Below are positions 37,944-51,949 of a stretch of DNA of 64,000 nucleotides, in pieces. Source of the stretch: Eledone cirrhosa (Eukaryota); the NCBI GenBank assembly GCA_964016885.1, contig OZ024743.1:189844001-189908000 (forward strand), read 5' to 3'. The number at the start of each line of letters is the position of its first letter. Position 1 is the first letter of the stretch. Both the position numbers and the translations under genes were made by a program. Below the pieces are notes generated by a model. It was given only the letters and a program-made list of their open reading frames with translations. It was not told the origin of the DNA and made no database searches.

Positions 37944-38189
37944 TTAAAACATAGGTATGGAATGTGGCTGTTTATTGTTAGTTATGAATGTTTTTAAAAA
38001 TGCTATCTGTAGAGGTTATACTAGTGAGTCAACCCATAACCTGTTACACAGTTTCTCATTTTTATATTAATATTCTTTGCTGAAATATATTTTGCATGTT
38101 TAGCTATTTTTAATACTGATCAATAGAGCTCATACCAGAAAAATTCCTACTCAGCTAAGGTTTATTAAGTAAGCAGGATAAAATACCTT

Positions 38190-39391
38190 ACATTAAAATA
38201 TCCTCTTTGGAACAACACACAATAGCTGTAAGATTATTTGAACTCATGGTTTGTGGTTTGTAACTTGCATGTTTCAACCACACTAAGGTGTGCTATCATC
38301 ATCATCACCACCATTGTTTAATGTCTATTTTCGACACTCTGAAAATAAAACACTAAAATACTAACAACAGTATGATTTCGAATTAAATTTGATAGATTTG
38401 TAATTGAATTTTTATGTATAAACTATTCATTTACATTACTCAGTTTATGATGAAAAAGCTATTGTAACTTTAGTAAAGTCTCTAGGAAAGTAACTTCTAC
38501 TTTTTCTTTCAATCGACATGAGAAATAATTTTATATGAAAAATAATAACAATATATACTTTCCAATATTGTACTCGATAGAGTGCATAGCTCAGAGATCA
38601 GAGAGTCACTTCAGGTAGAGCAGCTATTTCTCTGAATTGAGAGATCACAGCTCTGATACTATGGGCATATGGTTAGAATGTCTCAGGAAAGAATCATAGG
38701 ACAGATTTTATGAGCCAAACCAACCGGCAGAAGACCCAGGTTTTGACTCCGAGCAAGATGGTTGGATAACATCCATGAGCTTGTCTGGTCTCATTTGAGA
38801 ATCTACCTGAATCAGTTGGAGATGGTTGCATCTGTCAGGACTCTGCTCCTACGAATCTCTCAGGCATAAGTGGACAATGAAGAAGAAGAAGAAGAAGAAG
38901 AAGAAGAAGAAGAAGAAGAAGAAGAAGAAGAAGAAGAAGAAGAAGAAGAAGAAGAAGAAGAGTGTTTGAGGACTCAGCCCACAACAGTCTCTCATGAATA
39001 AGTGTGCAAAAAAGATTATATTAGTTGGATACTATTTTATTTCAGTGTAGATGATTTAAACTGCAAATTAAAATTCTTAATTTACATGATGAAACTGGTA
39101 TATAACCTTAAGGGAAATATTTTTCAACCCAAATTGAAGCCACAATAAAAATGAAAATGTCTCCAAGAACCACATAAGCTCTAGGTTAATGGTATTAGAT
39201 AGATGAGAGATAAACCTCAACAGACAAACTACTAATTTAATGCAGTTAATATTCACAAGGCAGGTTACTATTGATTCAAAACAGATTGAGATTTAAAGCA
39301 GTTGTTTTTAGCCAAACTTAAGTTGAACACATGTCCTAATATTTGGTTGTGTAATATTTTATACATTTGACCATATACTTTTTACAAGGAA

Positions 39392-39484
<93 letters not shown>

Positions 39485-40188
39485 ATGTGTGTGTGTGTGT
39501 GTGTGTGAGTGTGTGTGTGTGTTAAAATACTATACTTGGAAACAAATTAGTGAGTAATACACAATTTAACATGTATAGTGCAAGCAGTAATACAACAAAA
39601 CCAGTAGATTCAATATTATTTAAGGTTATTCAATTGCAGTCAATCTATATTATTTGAAAGACAATTCCTTGTCATTATGCTTGATGTAAAGAATTTATGT
39701 TGTTTAAAGTAATATCATATATGTTCTTTGTGTAAAATAAACTATGTAAAGACATTTAAAAAATATCATATACCAGTTTCTTCATGTAAATTAAGAATTT
39801 TAATTTGTAGTTTAAATCATCGATACTGCTTTTAAAGAAATAAAAGCATATAATATTGCAAAATATATACTATTATTTTTTCTTCTAAAATTATTTCTCA
39901 TGTCGATTGAAAGAAAAAGTAAAAGTTACTTTCCTGGAGACTTTACTAAAGTTACAATAGCTTTTTCATCATAAACTGAATAATGTAAATGAATAGTCTA
40001 TACAGAAAAATTCAATTATAAATCAATCAGATATAATTCGAAATCTTACTGTTGTTAGTATTTTAGTGTTTTATTTTCAGATAGCACACTTTAGTGTGGT
40101 TGAAACATGCTAGTTACAAACCGCAAAGCATGAGTTTAAATAATTTTGCAGCTATTGTTAGCTGTTCCAATGAAGACCTTTTAATGTC
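38190..40188. repeat. Long inverted repeat (arms 38190-38569 and 39852-40188), foldback-like
   Basis: TGAAAATAAAACACTAAAATACTAACAACAG...TTTCAATCGACATGAGAAATAATTTT is reverse-complemented at ~39887-40079; left arm has a ~40-bp insertion. Confidence 0.8.
38570..38960 (+). mobile_element. RTE 3' remnant with (GAA)n tail
   Basis: Translates IERSQL.YYGHMVRMSQER..PTGRRP..RARWLDN; (GAA)n at ~38879-38960. Confidence 0.65.
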
Positions 40189-40329
40189 TAACACAGTATG
40201 TAGCAGTAAGCCCATTTATGATACTGCAGGTTTCCATATGAGTGATATATATATACAGTATATAGAGGTATATATAACATGTAATAATGAATTTAAATAC
40301 TGTAAAGATAATGACTATAAATTGTTAAA

Positions 40330-41500
40330 GAAAAAATTAATTTTCAAAAATTACTCCTCACATTACTCCTCTCATTTCTCTTCTTTCCAGTCTTCTCTGC
40401 TGCTTCATGTTCATCACTCATGTCTCACTCTCATAAATCTTGACACTCTCATAAATCTTGACACATATTTGCCTTTAGTTTCAATGGCAACATTCTTCTT
40501 ATAGTTCCTATAACTTCTTCCATGCACTTCTTATAGTTCCTATAACTTCTTCCAAGCACATCTTCTTATAGATATTCTCACGGAGTTGCACCATCCTCTC
40601 CATTCAACATTTTCTCCATCTGTCATCCCTCTCCAATACACACTTTACACATGTATTTTTCACATTATTTAATTATCTCTGCATACCACAACATATTTCA
40701 TGTACCTACCCAGTGCCTAACATACATTTCATTGAGTTCTCTCCAACACCCTTCCTGTATATTCCACACAGCCACATTCCTGTCATTTTCATCTCAACAA
40801 GTGCTTAACCACTTGCCATTACCTTTGTCGTTAGGATTTTCGCCTTCATAACTTTTGCTGACATACATTCCTTCCATTGACATATTTTCTCACTTTTTCC
40901 ACTTATTACTCTTCACACATGTCATTGCCACACAGCATCTCTAATAGTAAACCTTCTTTTAAACTTAGGGCCCATACATCCATCACAACTACAAATAAAA
41001 GTAGGTTTAACCCTGATCCCTGATGCGCTCCAGCTTTCCCTTCAAATTCATCACTGTTCCCATCTTCATATTTACAACTTTACATATCTTCTCATACAAT
41101 GTCATCACCACTCTAACAAACAATGTCTTCACTAACTCTTTCCACACCCATATCATATATGTGAAAACTTTTATCAGATAACTCTCCCTACACACACAAA
41201 AATCCTTCTTCTTGTCCTTGTACTTACACTATTTCCAGTGTCTTCAATCCATATTGCATTAGTTTAATTGTTCTATACAAGCCTCAGTCTAGAGGATTGC
41301 CTTTCCCCTTGTACCACCAACCTATACATTTCTGACATTTTCACACTTTAACTTCTCGCTGCCTTTAAAATATATTCTACAGTTCATGTCACCCTTCCTG
41401 CCCATCCACATTTCCTTAATACCATTCATGATAATCCAGGTTAGAATAGGTACATTGTATCAATGCATGTTTTAAGAGCTAACTGAGTCTGACCAAAAAA
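40330..41500 (-). mobile_element. Highly decayed RTE RT fragment
   Basis: Minus LFVRVVMTLYE..K..V region preceding a degenerate HQGS.L.P motif. Confidence 0.5.
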
Positions 41501-44500
41501 CTATGCCCCCAAAAGATTCTCAAGATGAGAGCATTCACACTGACACACACATACACATGCAAACACACACACATACATTCATATGTATACACACACACAC
41601 ACATATATATATGTTTATATTGTAGGTTGGTTGTTACCATCAATCTGTAATTGGATTCTTTCTATTGATATAGAAAATAATATTCACTTTAGAACACATT
41701 TTTTTATACAGGAATCATTAAATTCAAAATCGATATATATATATATCATGACATCTTCATTATCGTCTCCATTTTAGGACTATTCTATATGCCTGCACAC
41801 ACACACACACATATATATATATATAACTCTATCTATCAACAATATATATAATCATCATCTTCAAGTGTGTGTGTGCATGTTGTCTGTTGTATACAGTCCT
41901 ATGCAGTTCAATCTGTAATACTGTTCTGATAACTTACCTACTGTACTTGCTCTATGATACTCTATACCATTACAATTTGGTTTCTCATTATATAATACAT
42001 AGTTAATTCAGTTAGTTAGATATTCCAAGTACCAATTATATTCAAAGACCGAACATTATAACAAATTTGTTCCACAGTTTAGTAAATTGGAACTCATCTT
42101 GCAATTCATGATTCTATATTGGTTGCTTATTACCTGTCAATCTGTAATTGGGTTCTACATATGAATATAGAAAATTATATTCACTTCAGAACTTTTTTCT
42201 ATTAAACAGAACTTATCAAATTCAAAATCAATACTCTCATGAAATAACTATGCCTACCACTTAAATATAGCCTCATATTTGCAATATGATATATTGCAAA
42301 TATAATGATAATGATATATTATAACATTCATCCTTTTCCAAAGAACAATAGTAACCCACTTCAAAAGGTCAAAATTAGAGATTTCAAACAAAAACATATA
42401 CTTGAAATTGTTATAGAATTTATCATTTGCATCAGTGAGTCAGCATCAAAATAAAGTTAGGATTTCTTATATTGTACAAGGTGAAAAGTTAATAGGGCTT
42501 TGGTTGGGAGTAATATTGATTGAATGAATTCTAGAACATATCTGCTATTTACTGTATCCCTGAGTCGAAGGCAAGGGTATTAAATCAACCTTAGTAGGAT
42601 TTAAACTCAGAATGCTGACAAAAAACATTACATATGTACTCTATGGAATTTAGTGTGACCATATCAATTAGAGAGTGCTGAGCAGTATTTGTAGTTAATA
42701 ATAATTTCTTACGTGGGTACAAGGCCAAAGAATTTGGGTGGAGGGACTCATTAATTAAACTGACACTATTTTGTTATGGGTACTATTTTATTGAGCCTGG
42801 AAGAATGAAATGCAAAGCTAAACATAGCAGTATCTATATTCAGAATGTAAAGAATTATAACAAATACTGTGAAACATTTGTCCAATATTAATAATTCTGT
42901 TAATAGTATCTTTTGCTTTAAATAGCTTAATTGTAGTGATTTCTGCAACTTTTAAAATTATTTAGCTCAAGGAGTAGATGCAAGTTGCATGGCCATTTCT
43001 TATACTTGGTGTTGAACTTGAACCACTACATGTTGAAATAAGAAAGAGTTAATTTTGGAAAGTTGTAGTTAAACATACACTTATTAGGAATTCAATTACT
43101 TGCTTCTGATTACATTTTTGTTTTAATTATAGCATTAAGGTCATTAATTATATGAATAGTTCCGTGCCTTAGAATTGTTGAAGTAGCTAATGCACAAAAT
43201 TAGAGAATCTAACAATGGTTCTACATCTCAACTTGTCTAGTGTAGAACCATTATCTTATACCATTTAGTATTTGCTTTCCTCCTGATGATAGTGAGGAAT
43301 GTTTTAAAGAGTATTTGGGAATTATATTGAGCAAATGCATACATAGAAATTCTCTTATTGGTTCATTGATTATGAGAGAAAGAATCATTCAAATATTGTT
43401 TTCTTTTTGTATTTTTCCTATTCTTATTTTATAGTTAAAACATATTATGGCTGTCACTTTTCTTAAAACTGTCACTAGTTTATGGGGAAGTGCAACGTGG
43501 CAATGTTTAAGTAACTTTGAGCAAGACATTTGTGCTGAATTCAATGAAACATTTTGTCAATTAAAATTATTTTCACATTCATACTTTATTGATTCAAATT
43601 TAGCTAGGTAAATCAGACATTCAAAGAGAAAATAAACAAATTTAGAAAACAGATTTTCTATAATCTAATTGACATTTTAATAACATTTGTGGATTGTTAT
43701 GAGAAATATAAATGTTAGCCTTTATTTACTAGTTGAATTTGTATCTTTTAATTTTACCCCTTAATTTTCTTAGTCAGAATGAGTTATAATAGTTGCTTCT
43801 GAATGTATTTCAAGACAGACTTTCACTTAAAAGAATAAATACATTGAATTTAACAAATATGAATGGGAAATTATCAAAAGACTTTTTGACCAAAATATGA
43901 TATATCAATGAAGAAACAAATTTAAATACAAATTAAAAGAAACGAATTATAAATTAAACATAAAAGTATGAATAAGATAAAAACAATGTGTACATTGATG
44001 AAATTATGTTTTATGTGTCGAAATTAGAAATTTGTTTTTCACAAGTAAGAATTACTTGATATCTGTAATTAATAAGCTTTTACTCTGCATCTAGGCTTCT
44101 AAATTCTGATGAATTATACAAAACTAAATAATATTTACGAAATCATCATCATTATCATCGTTTAACGTCCATTTTCCACACTTGCATGGGTTAGACTGGT
44201 TGTCCCATTATGAGACAAGTGACGTTGAGAGACCATGTGTTGCTCATACGGATCTGAATTTTTTAATCAAAATAAAAGATACATGTAAACAGAAGTCACA
44301 TATCTTAACTGATGTTTATATCTAACATAAATATCTAGTTGAAGTAATTAAACTTATAATTGTTTGTGTAGTTTATATATTATAATATAATTTCATTATT
44401 GGCCACACAGGGCTTATGTATAGTATGTAATATATTGTTTGCAAAATGTTATCAACCCAGGAGTGATAAAAAGCATTGACAAGATTTTATCTAAGAATAT

Positions 44501-44507
44501 TAGAGAT

Positions 44508-44733
44508 AACAATGGTTTCTGATTTAAGCACAAGGCCAGCAATTTTTGTGGGGGAGGGGAAAGTCGATTAAATTGACACCAGTGCATGAGTGGTACTTTA
44601 TTTTATCAACCCCCGTAAGGATGAAAGGCAAAGATAACCTATGTGGGATTTGGATTCAGAATTTAAAGGGCCATAAATCTATGCTGCAAAGTAGGTTGTC
44701 TGGCGCTCTACCGATTCTGCCAATCCACTGCCT
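44508..44733 (-). mobile_element. SINE family A
   Basis: GCACAAGGCCAGCAA..TGGTACTTTATTTTATCAACCCCCGTAAGGATGAAAGGC. Confidence 0.75.
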
Positions 44734-46349
44734 TCTACATTAGAGTTAATAATAACATATATAATTGTTCCAGTCATAATTTTTACCCCACTAACATAGC
44801 ATTACAATGATATAGAAACTAGTCAAGAGGTATTTAAAAATCACTTGACCTACTCAACAATTTTCCTACAGTCCTTGAAGAGCTCGAAATGGATTCCCTA
44901 TAGTTAACATAGATTCGAAAGGATTGAAAATACCAGCTGAAGAGTGAAACTTGTTCCAACTTCTTTTGGCATCTCAGGAACATTAGACGTATAGTTAAAG
45001 TTTAATAGCTATATGAATAGCTACTGGAGTTAGTAAACAACAACAACAATAAAATGATAAATGAGAATTTACCATGAAAAATATTATATTGTTTCAATAT
45101 AGTTATAACTTTCCAGTATTAATTTTGAATTATTTTTCTAATATTAAGATACTGTTGATTTAATAATTATACATTATTAATGTGTCATACACATTGAATT
45201 TTAATATCGGCAGACTAGCTGCAATATATTTCATATGGTAATATGAAATATATTGAGAAAGCTCAAAACCGATCAGATTGTTCTCATTAACCATAAATAA
45301 ATCCATTCTGAAATATAATCATATGAATGTAGAGCCCTTGTTGGCACAGCAAGAATTCCACATTTAAATCATTTCTACTATTAATATTGCATCAATAAAT
45401 ATTACAGCATCAAGTATCATTATTTCCTAAAGCCAGCAACCAATGCAATAATATAGTACAATTATTGTTAAGTCAGAATTTGAGATAGATAAAATCCTTT
45501 AGGATGAGGAGAAACCTAGAAAGAGTCATGTCATTTATTTTCAGATGGATATATAAAGGGGCAAATGTTGCTTCACTAATAAATACAATATGATATATAT
45601 CCATTGGACACAAGGAAAGATATAATAATAATAACTAATGATTAGTTAGTTCCAAGATACTATATCGTATGAGAAAAGAAAATTCAAATATTTTAGATTT
45701 TGCATTTAATATCATCCGGAGATATATGGAAAATGTGCAATATGCAAGTATGATCAGATAATTGGATATACTATTAGCTAAACCCAAAATAGAGAACATA
45801 CAAGAATGCCAAGGGTGCAACTGGATGGCCCTACCACCAATTTTTCAATGGTGCACCTTCAGATTTAGAAAACAGAGTTTATACAAAATGTCTTGAATTA
45901 TGTTTCTTGCAAAAGAGTGCCTAATCAGAATATTCTGAAGCCAACCTCAGGACCGATTCCCGAGGACCGATGCCTGACAACTGGCCTGCAAGGATAGACA
46001 TTCATAAATATATATTTAAGAGTTTTGAAATAGCTACATGTGTGGGAGCATGTGATATTAAACAGGTTATCAGTCATCATTCTCTGATAAGTGATATAAG
46101 TACTCAAAATTTCTCCTCATCAATAATGAAAAACAAATTTACTTCTGATATGCACCTTTAGAGTTTTTTTTTCTTGTTATATATTAAACTCTTGTGTGAT
46201 ATTTAAAAGCCTTGGTGTAAATATGCTTATTTTCAGACTTCCAGTTCTCTTTTCATATTCATAGGCTGCAAGGCATTTAAGTCACAGAATAGAAACCATT
46301 CCAATTTCCTGTCATGATTTAACTGAAAACACAGGAACTAAATATCCAA

Positions 46350-47290
46350 AGACCATTCATTAACATGCAATATCGTCAATAGGGAATAACTCCATTGCCT
46401 GTCTCACGACAAAAGCTTTTACGGTGTCCTCCTTACCTGTTTGATGAAGACAGTTAATGGACATTTATGAGAGAAGTAGGCAGGACTCAGGAATAGAAGA
46501 ACAGGCAGTGAACAAATCTTCCTGCCATACAATATTATTGAGCTGAGTCATGAGTTGCAGCAGCTCCTTGGGAACAATTTCATTGACTTCAACAGTATTC
46601 ATAGGGAACATACATGAAATATTGTGATACTGTATGGTTTACCTACCTAATGCATCAACATTGTGCAATCACTTTACCAAAAGATAAGCTGCTGTGTCTG
46701 AACCAGAGATGGAATATAGAGTATTTTATATTGTTATAGAGGTGCTCCTTTTTGTGGTGGATTTCATCATGAGGAAGTCTACGATGGATCTAGAATATGG
46801 CATTAAATTGGTGACAGGGAAGGCTCTTAGACTTTGAATTTCCCGATGATCTGTGACTATTTAGTACCATATCCACAGTAATGCAAGACACGACCAGCAG
46901 TCTTAGCAACAGCAGCATTATTTATAAGACAAAAGTGATGCTTATTAGGTAGTTTCCATAGCAGCCGGTCCTGCTGGAGAGTCAGATTTTGGTAATCATT
47001 GAGACCTTCGCAAATACAGGCAGTGTCATCATAAAAGAAAGTGCAAAGTTGCAGCTGTCTTTCAGCACCATAAGCCAGTATGGTCAAACCCCAACACCAA
47101 TCAAAACACAAAACTCTAACTGTATACATCAATAGTTATGCTAATGGTGAATTTCTATAGATGGGAAAAGGCAAGGAGAATCTACAGAACAGAAGATGTC
47201 TTGCATATACAGTACTCTAGGATTCTTGGTGTGATCACATCTATAAAAAAGAGGTCAAGAAAAGTGCTAATCTGAGCATTCCACGCAAAT
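46350..47290 (+). mobile_element. Highly decayed RTE-like RT fragment
   Basis: Fragments VVDFIMRK..GI, EFPDDL, KTKVM, GSVI, ILGV in RTE order across frames. Confidence 0.5.
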
Positions 47291-47509
47291 CCAAGTGTTG
47301 AATTTCACATCGGTTTTATTGTTATTCAGGCAAGTGTTTCCTTGTTTAGATCAGTACACAGATAGTTATATTTCCCTATCCTTTCCTTCCTTTTGTTTTC
47401 CCCTCCTTTTTATTATTTCTATATTGAAAATAAACATGTATATTTGGTATACATTTTCAAAATGTAGGAAATATACAAAATAAAAATATATAATCAAATA
47501 AGTGTTATT

Positions 47510-47745
47510 TAATTGTTTAAGCATTTTCGTCACATATTCTGTGACATTCTCAATAAGAATGAAGAAAAAACATAGAGGAGCAAGAAAAATCATTGAAAAA
47601 ATCACAGAATGTGTGATGAAAGTGCTTTGACAATGAAATATCCATCTGGCTAAGGGACTAACTGAGGAATTAATTAGTTATCTAATTAATAAAGCAACTA
47701 AAGTGAAAACCAACAATATCTTTCAACACATGGTTTCACTCAAAG
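47510..47745. mobile_element. Decayed family C divergent-hammerhead element
   Basis: TTTTCGTCACATATTCTGTGAC (-) and TCACAGAATGTGTGATGAAAGTGCTTTGAC (+, 47590-47631). Confidence 0.55.
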
Positions 47746-48799
47746 AATCTTTCAAAGAAACATGGAGTATATATATATATCAATTCAAAAGGAATTCAGT
47801 AGTTATTCAATTACAATCATTTATTTCTACAATCGTTCCAATATCAATAGATGTAGTACCAGTCACCTGAACTAAATAGTCAATCAATTAATTAATTATT
47901 TACATGACACATAGAACATCTGCCCTCATACCATCAGGAAGTATAGATAACAAAAAAAAAATGATTTACTTAGTCCTGTTAAGATACATAGGCAAGTATT
48001 CAAAGTGTGAAAGAAAACATGGAAAAAACAAAAGAAGGTGAGTTGCTTAGTTAAAGAACAACGCTTTAATTTAAGCATTTTGCTGAAAAGTATAATGTAA
48101 GAAGTAAAATGTTGTTAGATAGAAACTTAAACGAATTGAAAATTTCTACACATAGTGACAATAATAATATTTAAACTTCTGTACGGATAAACATTTTGGT
48201 GTAAAGCACCTCTAATATTATTGTTTGTGGTAGCATACATCTGAAATAGTTATGTACTAACTCAGAATAGAATGAAAGGTTAGAATGCTTATATGATCAT
48301 TTTCTGTCTAAAAGAGCGAATACATGTTGGTACACAAAAAATGCTGTTTATGTAATTAGCAGGGTGGTTAACTTTAAGTCACCATGTTTACTATGGTGTC
48401 CCATCGAACATATGTTTATGTTAGACACATGGTAAGCTAATCAGGCTTGTATAAAGTCTTACAGTGGCAAGATTCTAAATACAAGCATGCAGATATGACC
48501 AAATCAAAAGTAGATGTACATAATTAAAATATACACTGTATCAGTCTCAGTAAAATCAATCAACAATAATAATTAATCTCCAGCGGGGCATAAAAGGAAC
48601 ATATGAGAAAGGCTATGTAGGTAGTTACATTAAGATTGTTAATCTCTTATTACGAATTTAAGTGAAACAGTTTGACATTTGTTTAAGTCTAATTCTTACC
48701 CAATACATGTATGAGTAGGTAAAGGCAACTATATAGGGGAAAGCACTGAATAGGTTACGATAATATATCAAATGAGGCTATATTTACAATAATAGAAAG

Positions 48800-49010
48800 A
48801 ACAGGAATTCATGTGTAAGCAAGTAGAAGAGTTTAAGATTTATGGTTTAGGATTGGTAAATCAGATTTAATTGTTAAGAGACGTTCTGTGAGACACAGAT
48901 TACATTTACGGTTGCCTGGATTATAGGGGTGGGATACCCTTAGTATATTCCAGTTAAGGGGGTATTCAATATTAGAACTGTTTAACTCCCATATGAAATG
49001 GATGAGCGAA
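48800..49010 (-). mobile_element. Penelope-like GIY-YIG C-terminal fragment
   Basis: Minus IWELNSSNIEYPLNWNILR..PYNPGNRKCNLCLTERLL..ILNHKS, homologous to 34127-34520. Confidence 0.7.
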
Positions 49011-49012
49011 GT

Positions 49013-49505
49013 AAAGCTCTTTCGTCACACATTGTGTGACCTCTTCAGTGACCAATTTGTTATTTTTAGACCCTCCTTTGTTTTGTTTTACACCATCTTA
49101 TTTTTGCGAGCTGTGTACTTGGACTGCACATGCATTATATCCACGTTTGTGTGTGTTTATTTATTCATTAATGCGTTTATTGACTTGCCATATGTTGGTC
49201 GCTTTTTCTATCTGTGGGTGTCTGGCTTGTTTTATTAGTTTGGTTCCTGTGTATCTCTGTATGTCTTTATCTTTTCTTTATAACTTAAGAGGTCACAGAA
49301 TGTGTAACCAAAGAGCTTTGACAATAAACAAACAGCCATCTGGTTATTAAACGAACCAACTGGAAATTTATAATAAATTGAAATGAAAACCAACAGGTGC
49401 GTGTGTCCTTGTTGGAAGCATGTCCCTCCAAAATTATAACAACATCTGTTTTAACACACGTTTTCCGATAATAAATTTTGTAAAAGAGATACTAAAACGA
49501 AATGT
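49013..49505. mobile_element. Family C divergent-hammerhead element
   Basis: Minus GTCA-CTGAAGA-GGTCACACAATGTGTGAC-GAAA-GAGCTT at 49013-49052; decayed plus copy at 49281-49322; 3' part homologous to 2466-2620 and 2756-2822. Confidence 0.65.
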
Positions 49506-49515
49506 ATATATATAC

Positions 49516-49848
49516 TAAAGGTAAAGTCCCCATTCAGTCACGAATGAGCATGGGATTTGCACCTAGAAAGTTTCCTTCCAAAGCACAAGTCCTGGCAAGG
49601 TTGTTTATGGAAGACCAGCAGTTGCCCATGCATACCAGTCTCCCCTCTCCAACCCACCGATGATGTCCAAGGGAAAGGCAATGGCTGAAATAGCTTGGCA
49701 CCAGTGACGTAGCAAATCATTTCTACAGCTGAGTAAACTGGAACAACGTGTCTTGCTTAAGGACACAACGCATCACCCGGTCCGAGAATCGAACACACAA
49801 CTTTACGATTGAAAGCCCAATGCTCTAACCACTAAGCCATGCGCCTTC
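49516..49848 (-). mobile_element. Full-length CORE-like SINE
   Basis: Minus head GAAGGCGCATGGCTTAGTGGTTAGAGC..GTTCGATTC; CAGCTGTAGAAATG. Confidence 0.85.
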
Positions 49849-50033
49849 ATTTATATATATATTTTATTTAGAAAGTGAACAACACAAAATATAACTACTC
49901 CATTACGAAAGGTTTCTGGATCACATACTATAATAATATAGACGTCTGGATCGGTCGTCAGATAGAGATGTTATTTTGTGTTCACTTTCTAATTAAATAT
50001 TTCTGTTTTTACTTTGCTTTTCTTTGGAATTAC

Positions 50034-50153
<120 letters not shown>

Positions 50154-50299
50154 TATATCGGTATGTTGTTGATGGCTGAGAGAAAAGTGTACTCAACACC
50201 GAAGTAGCATTTTAATACTAATTTTATGACTTTTTAATTTATTTCATAAATACATTACAAATCGTTTGCAATTCTTTCAGAATGAAAATATAAACAGAA

Positions 50300-51760
50300 C
50301 ATATAAATAAATTTACAGTAGAATAACATAACAAATGTGTTTTAAATATATACATAAATAACATTACAAATGCTTAGACAACATTATAAATAGCTCGCGA
50401 TTCTTTCAGAAAAATATATTCTTTTAATGTTACAATATTAAAGAAAATGTAAAGGAAGGGGTGAACAACGGAGCCAACACCAGAGCGAAAGACAGCAACG
50501 TCGCGAGTACTGGGCAACCTCTCTAATGATTTTCGAGGCAAGCCAGCACACTCGCAGCGTTGCCTCGGGTGATAGCGAGGCTGATGCGCTGAAACAGCCA
50601 AGCGCCCTCGCGAGATACGCCAGTTACCTCTATTAGGCGAGCCGCTAGTGAAGAGAGGAACCTTGTAGTCAGCGGCCCGACTCCCCCCAAACGTCTCGAA
50701 AGCCACAGGCTGAAAAATGTAGCTGGCCGACAGATCAGAGTATTTGAGCTCGGCTGCAGGAGCTGTGGCTCTCGTCCTAACCGCAGCATCTAGGATGTGG
50801 GAAAGAGCAAAAGAGTCACTAACAGTGACGTCCCAGACAAGGCACCTGCCTCTCGATCAGGGGCACAGGGTAAGACCGTTAGGTTTTTTGCCGCCACTTC
50901 TGGACAACCCAGAGGGTTCCAAGACTGAGGGGATATACGCCCGGGCCAAATTTCTCTTCAGAATGAGGTTTAGCTCCGTGTGACGCGCGAAGCGGCTGGC
51001 ATTCAGGCGGCAAGAAAGACCGTGGAGGCACCTCAAACCCATGCAGACGTCAGCTCCCACTCTGAGGGCGATGGAGACACAAAGCTCGTCCAGGCTGAGT
51101 AGGCCACCAACGTTGGCCACGGGTAGGGCATCAACCCAGTCGCCTGAGTATTTGGCGCTGGCAGATAGTAAGCGGGACCTGGCAAACTGATCTGACTGGA
51201 CGAAGCGGGAGTCGAAGGTGGCCTTCAACCTTATGCTGCCCCAAGTTCTCTGACTTCGACTGTCCTCCACCTTCTCAGGAAGAGACAAGCCCAACTCACT
51301 CCATTGCAGGAGAGCTTCACACAACTCCCTGTTGGAACTAGTCCAAGTGGATAGGAGAGGATGCTGCTCACCATGTTGGAGCAAGCGTGGGTGGAGGTAA
51401 GGAGGCAGGGGAGAGAAGAGGACGAACACTTACGAAGACCAAGACCTCCAAATCGCTTGGGCAACGCAGCCTGATCGCGGGAGTCTGGAGAGAGTCTAAC
51501 ATTGACCAGGCACTCGAGTCGTCGAAGCGTTGGAGGCAGGACGGAAATCTGTGAGAGGGGCTGACTCTGAGCAGATACAGAAGCTTAGGAATAGATAGGT
51601 AGTTCCTGGATATGAAGAAACCTTCATGGGGTTCGATAACTTCGATATTCCTCAGCAGCTGCTCAAAGCCAACCACCTTCGTTTGGAATTGTTGACTCGA
51701 AGGCCAGGTCAGTGATTGGGCTCCTAAGGAGTACCAAGTCGACGGGGAGGGACCGCGATG
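50300..51760 (-). mobile_element. CRE-like non-LTR retrotransposon 3' fragment (restriction-like endonuclease)
   Basis: KRFGGLGLR; ARHTELN; EPSGLSRSGGKKPNGLTLCP..LVWDVT; FQPVAFETFG; QRISLAITRGNAASVL. Confidence 0.78.
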
Positions 51761-51949
51761 GAAGGGAAGGACTCTGCAAACAGGTCGATTAGCTGTTGGT
51801 GTAAAGCTAAATATCTAGAATTTTGCTTGTTTATCCCATAGTTATCAGACAACACTCTTGTCTGATACCTTGTTATAAGTAGGCAAATCTTCAAGGTAAC
51901 AAGACTATCTACTTACACTATTTAGCCTTAATAAAATTAATAATTTAAT

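Noticed and set aside
41630-42232. Diverged ~100-bp direct repeat ~500 bp apart as another terminally redundant hammerhead unit
   Set aside because: No hammerhead core found on either strand between the repeats.
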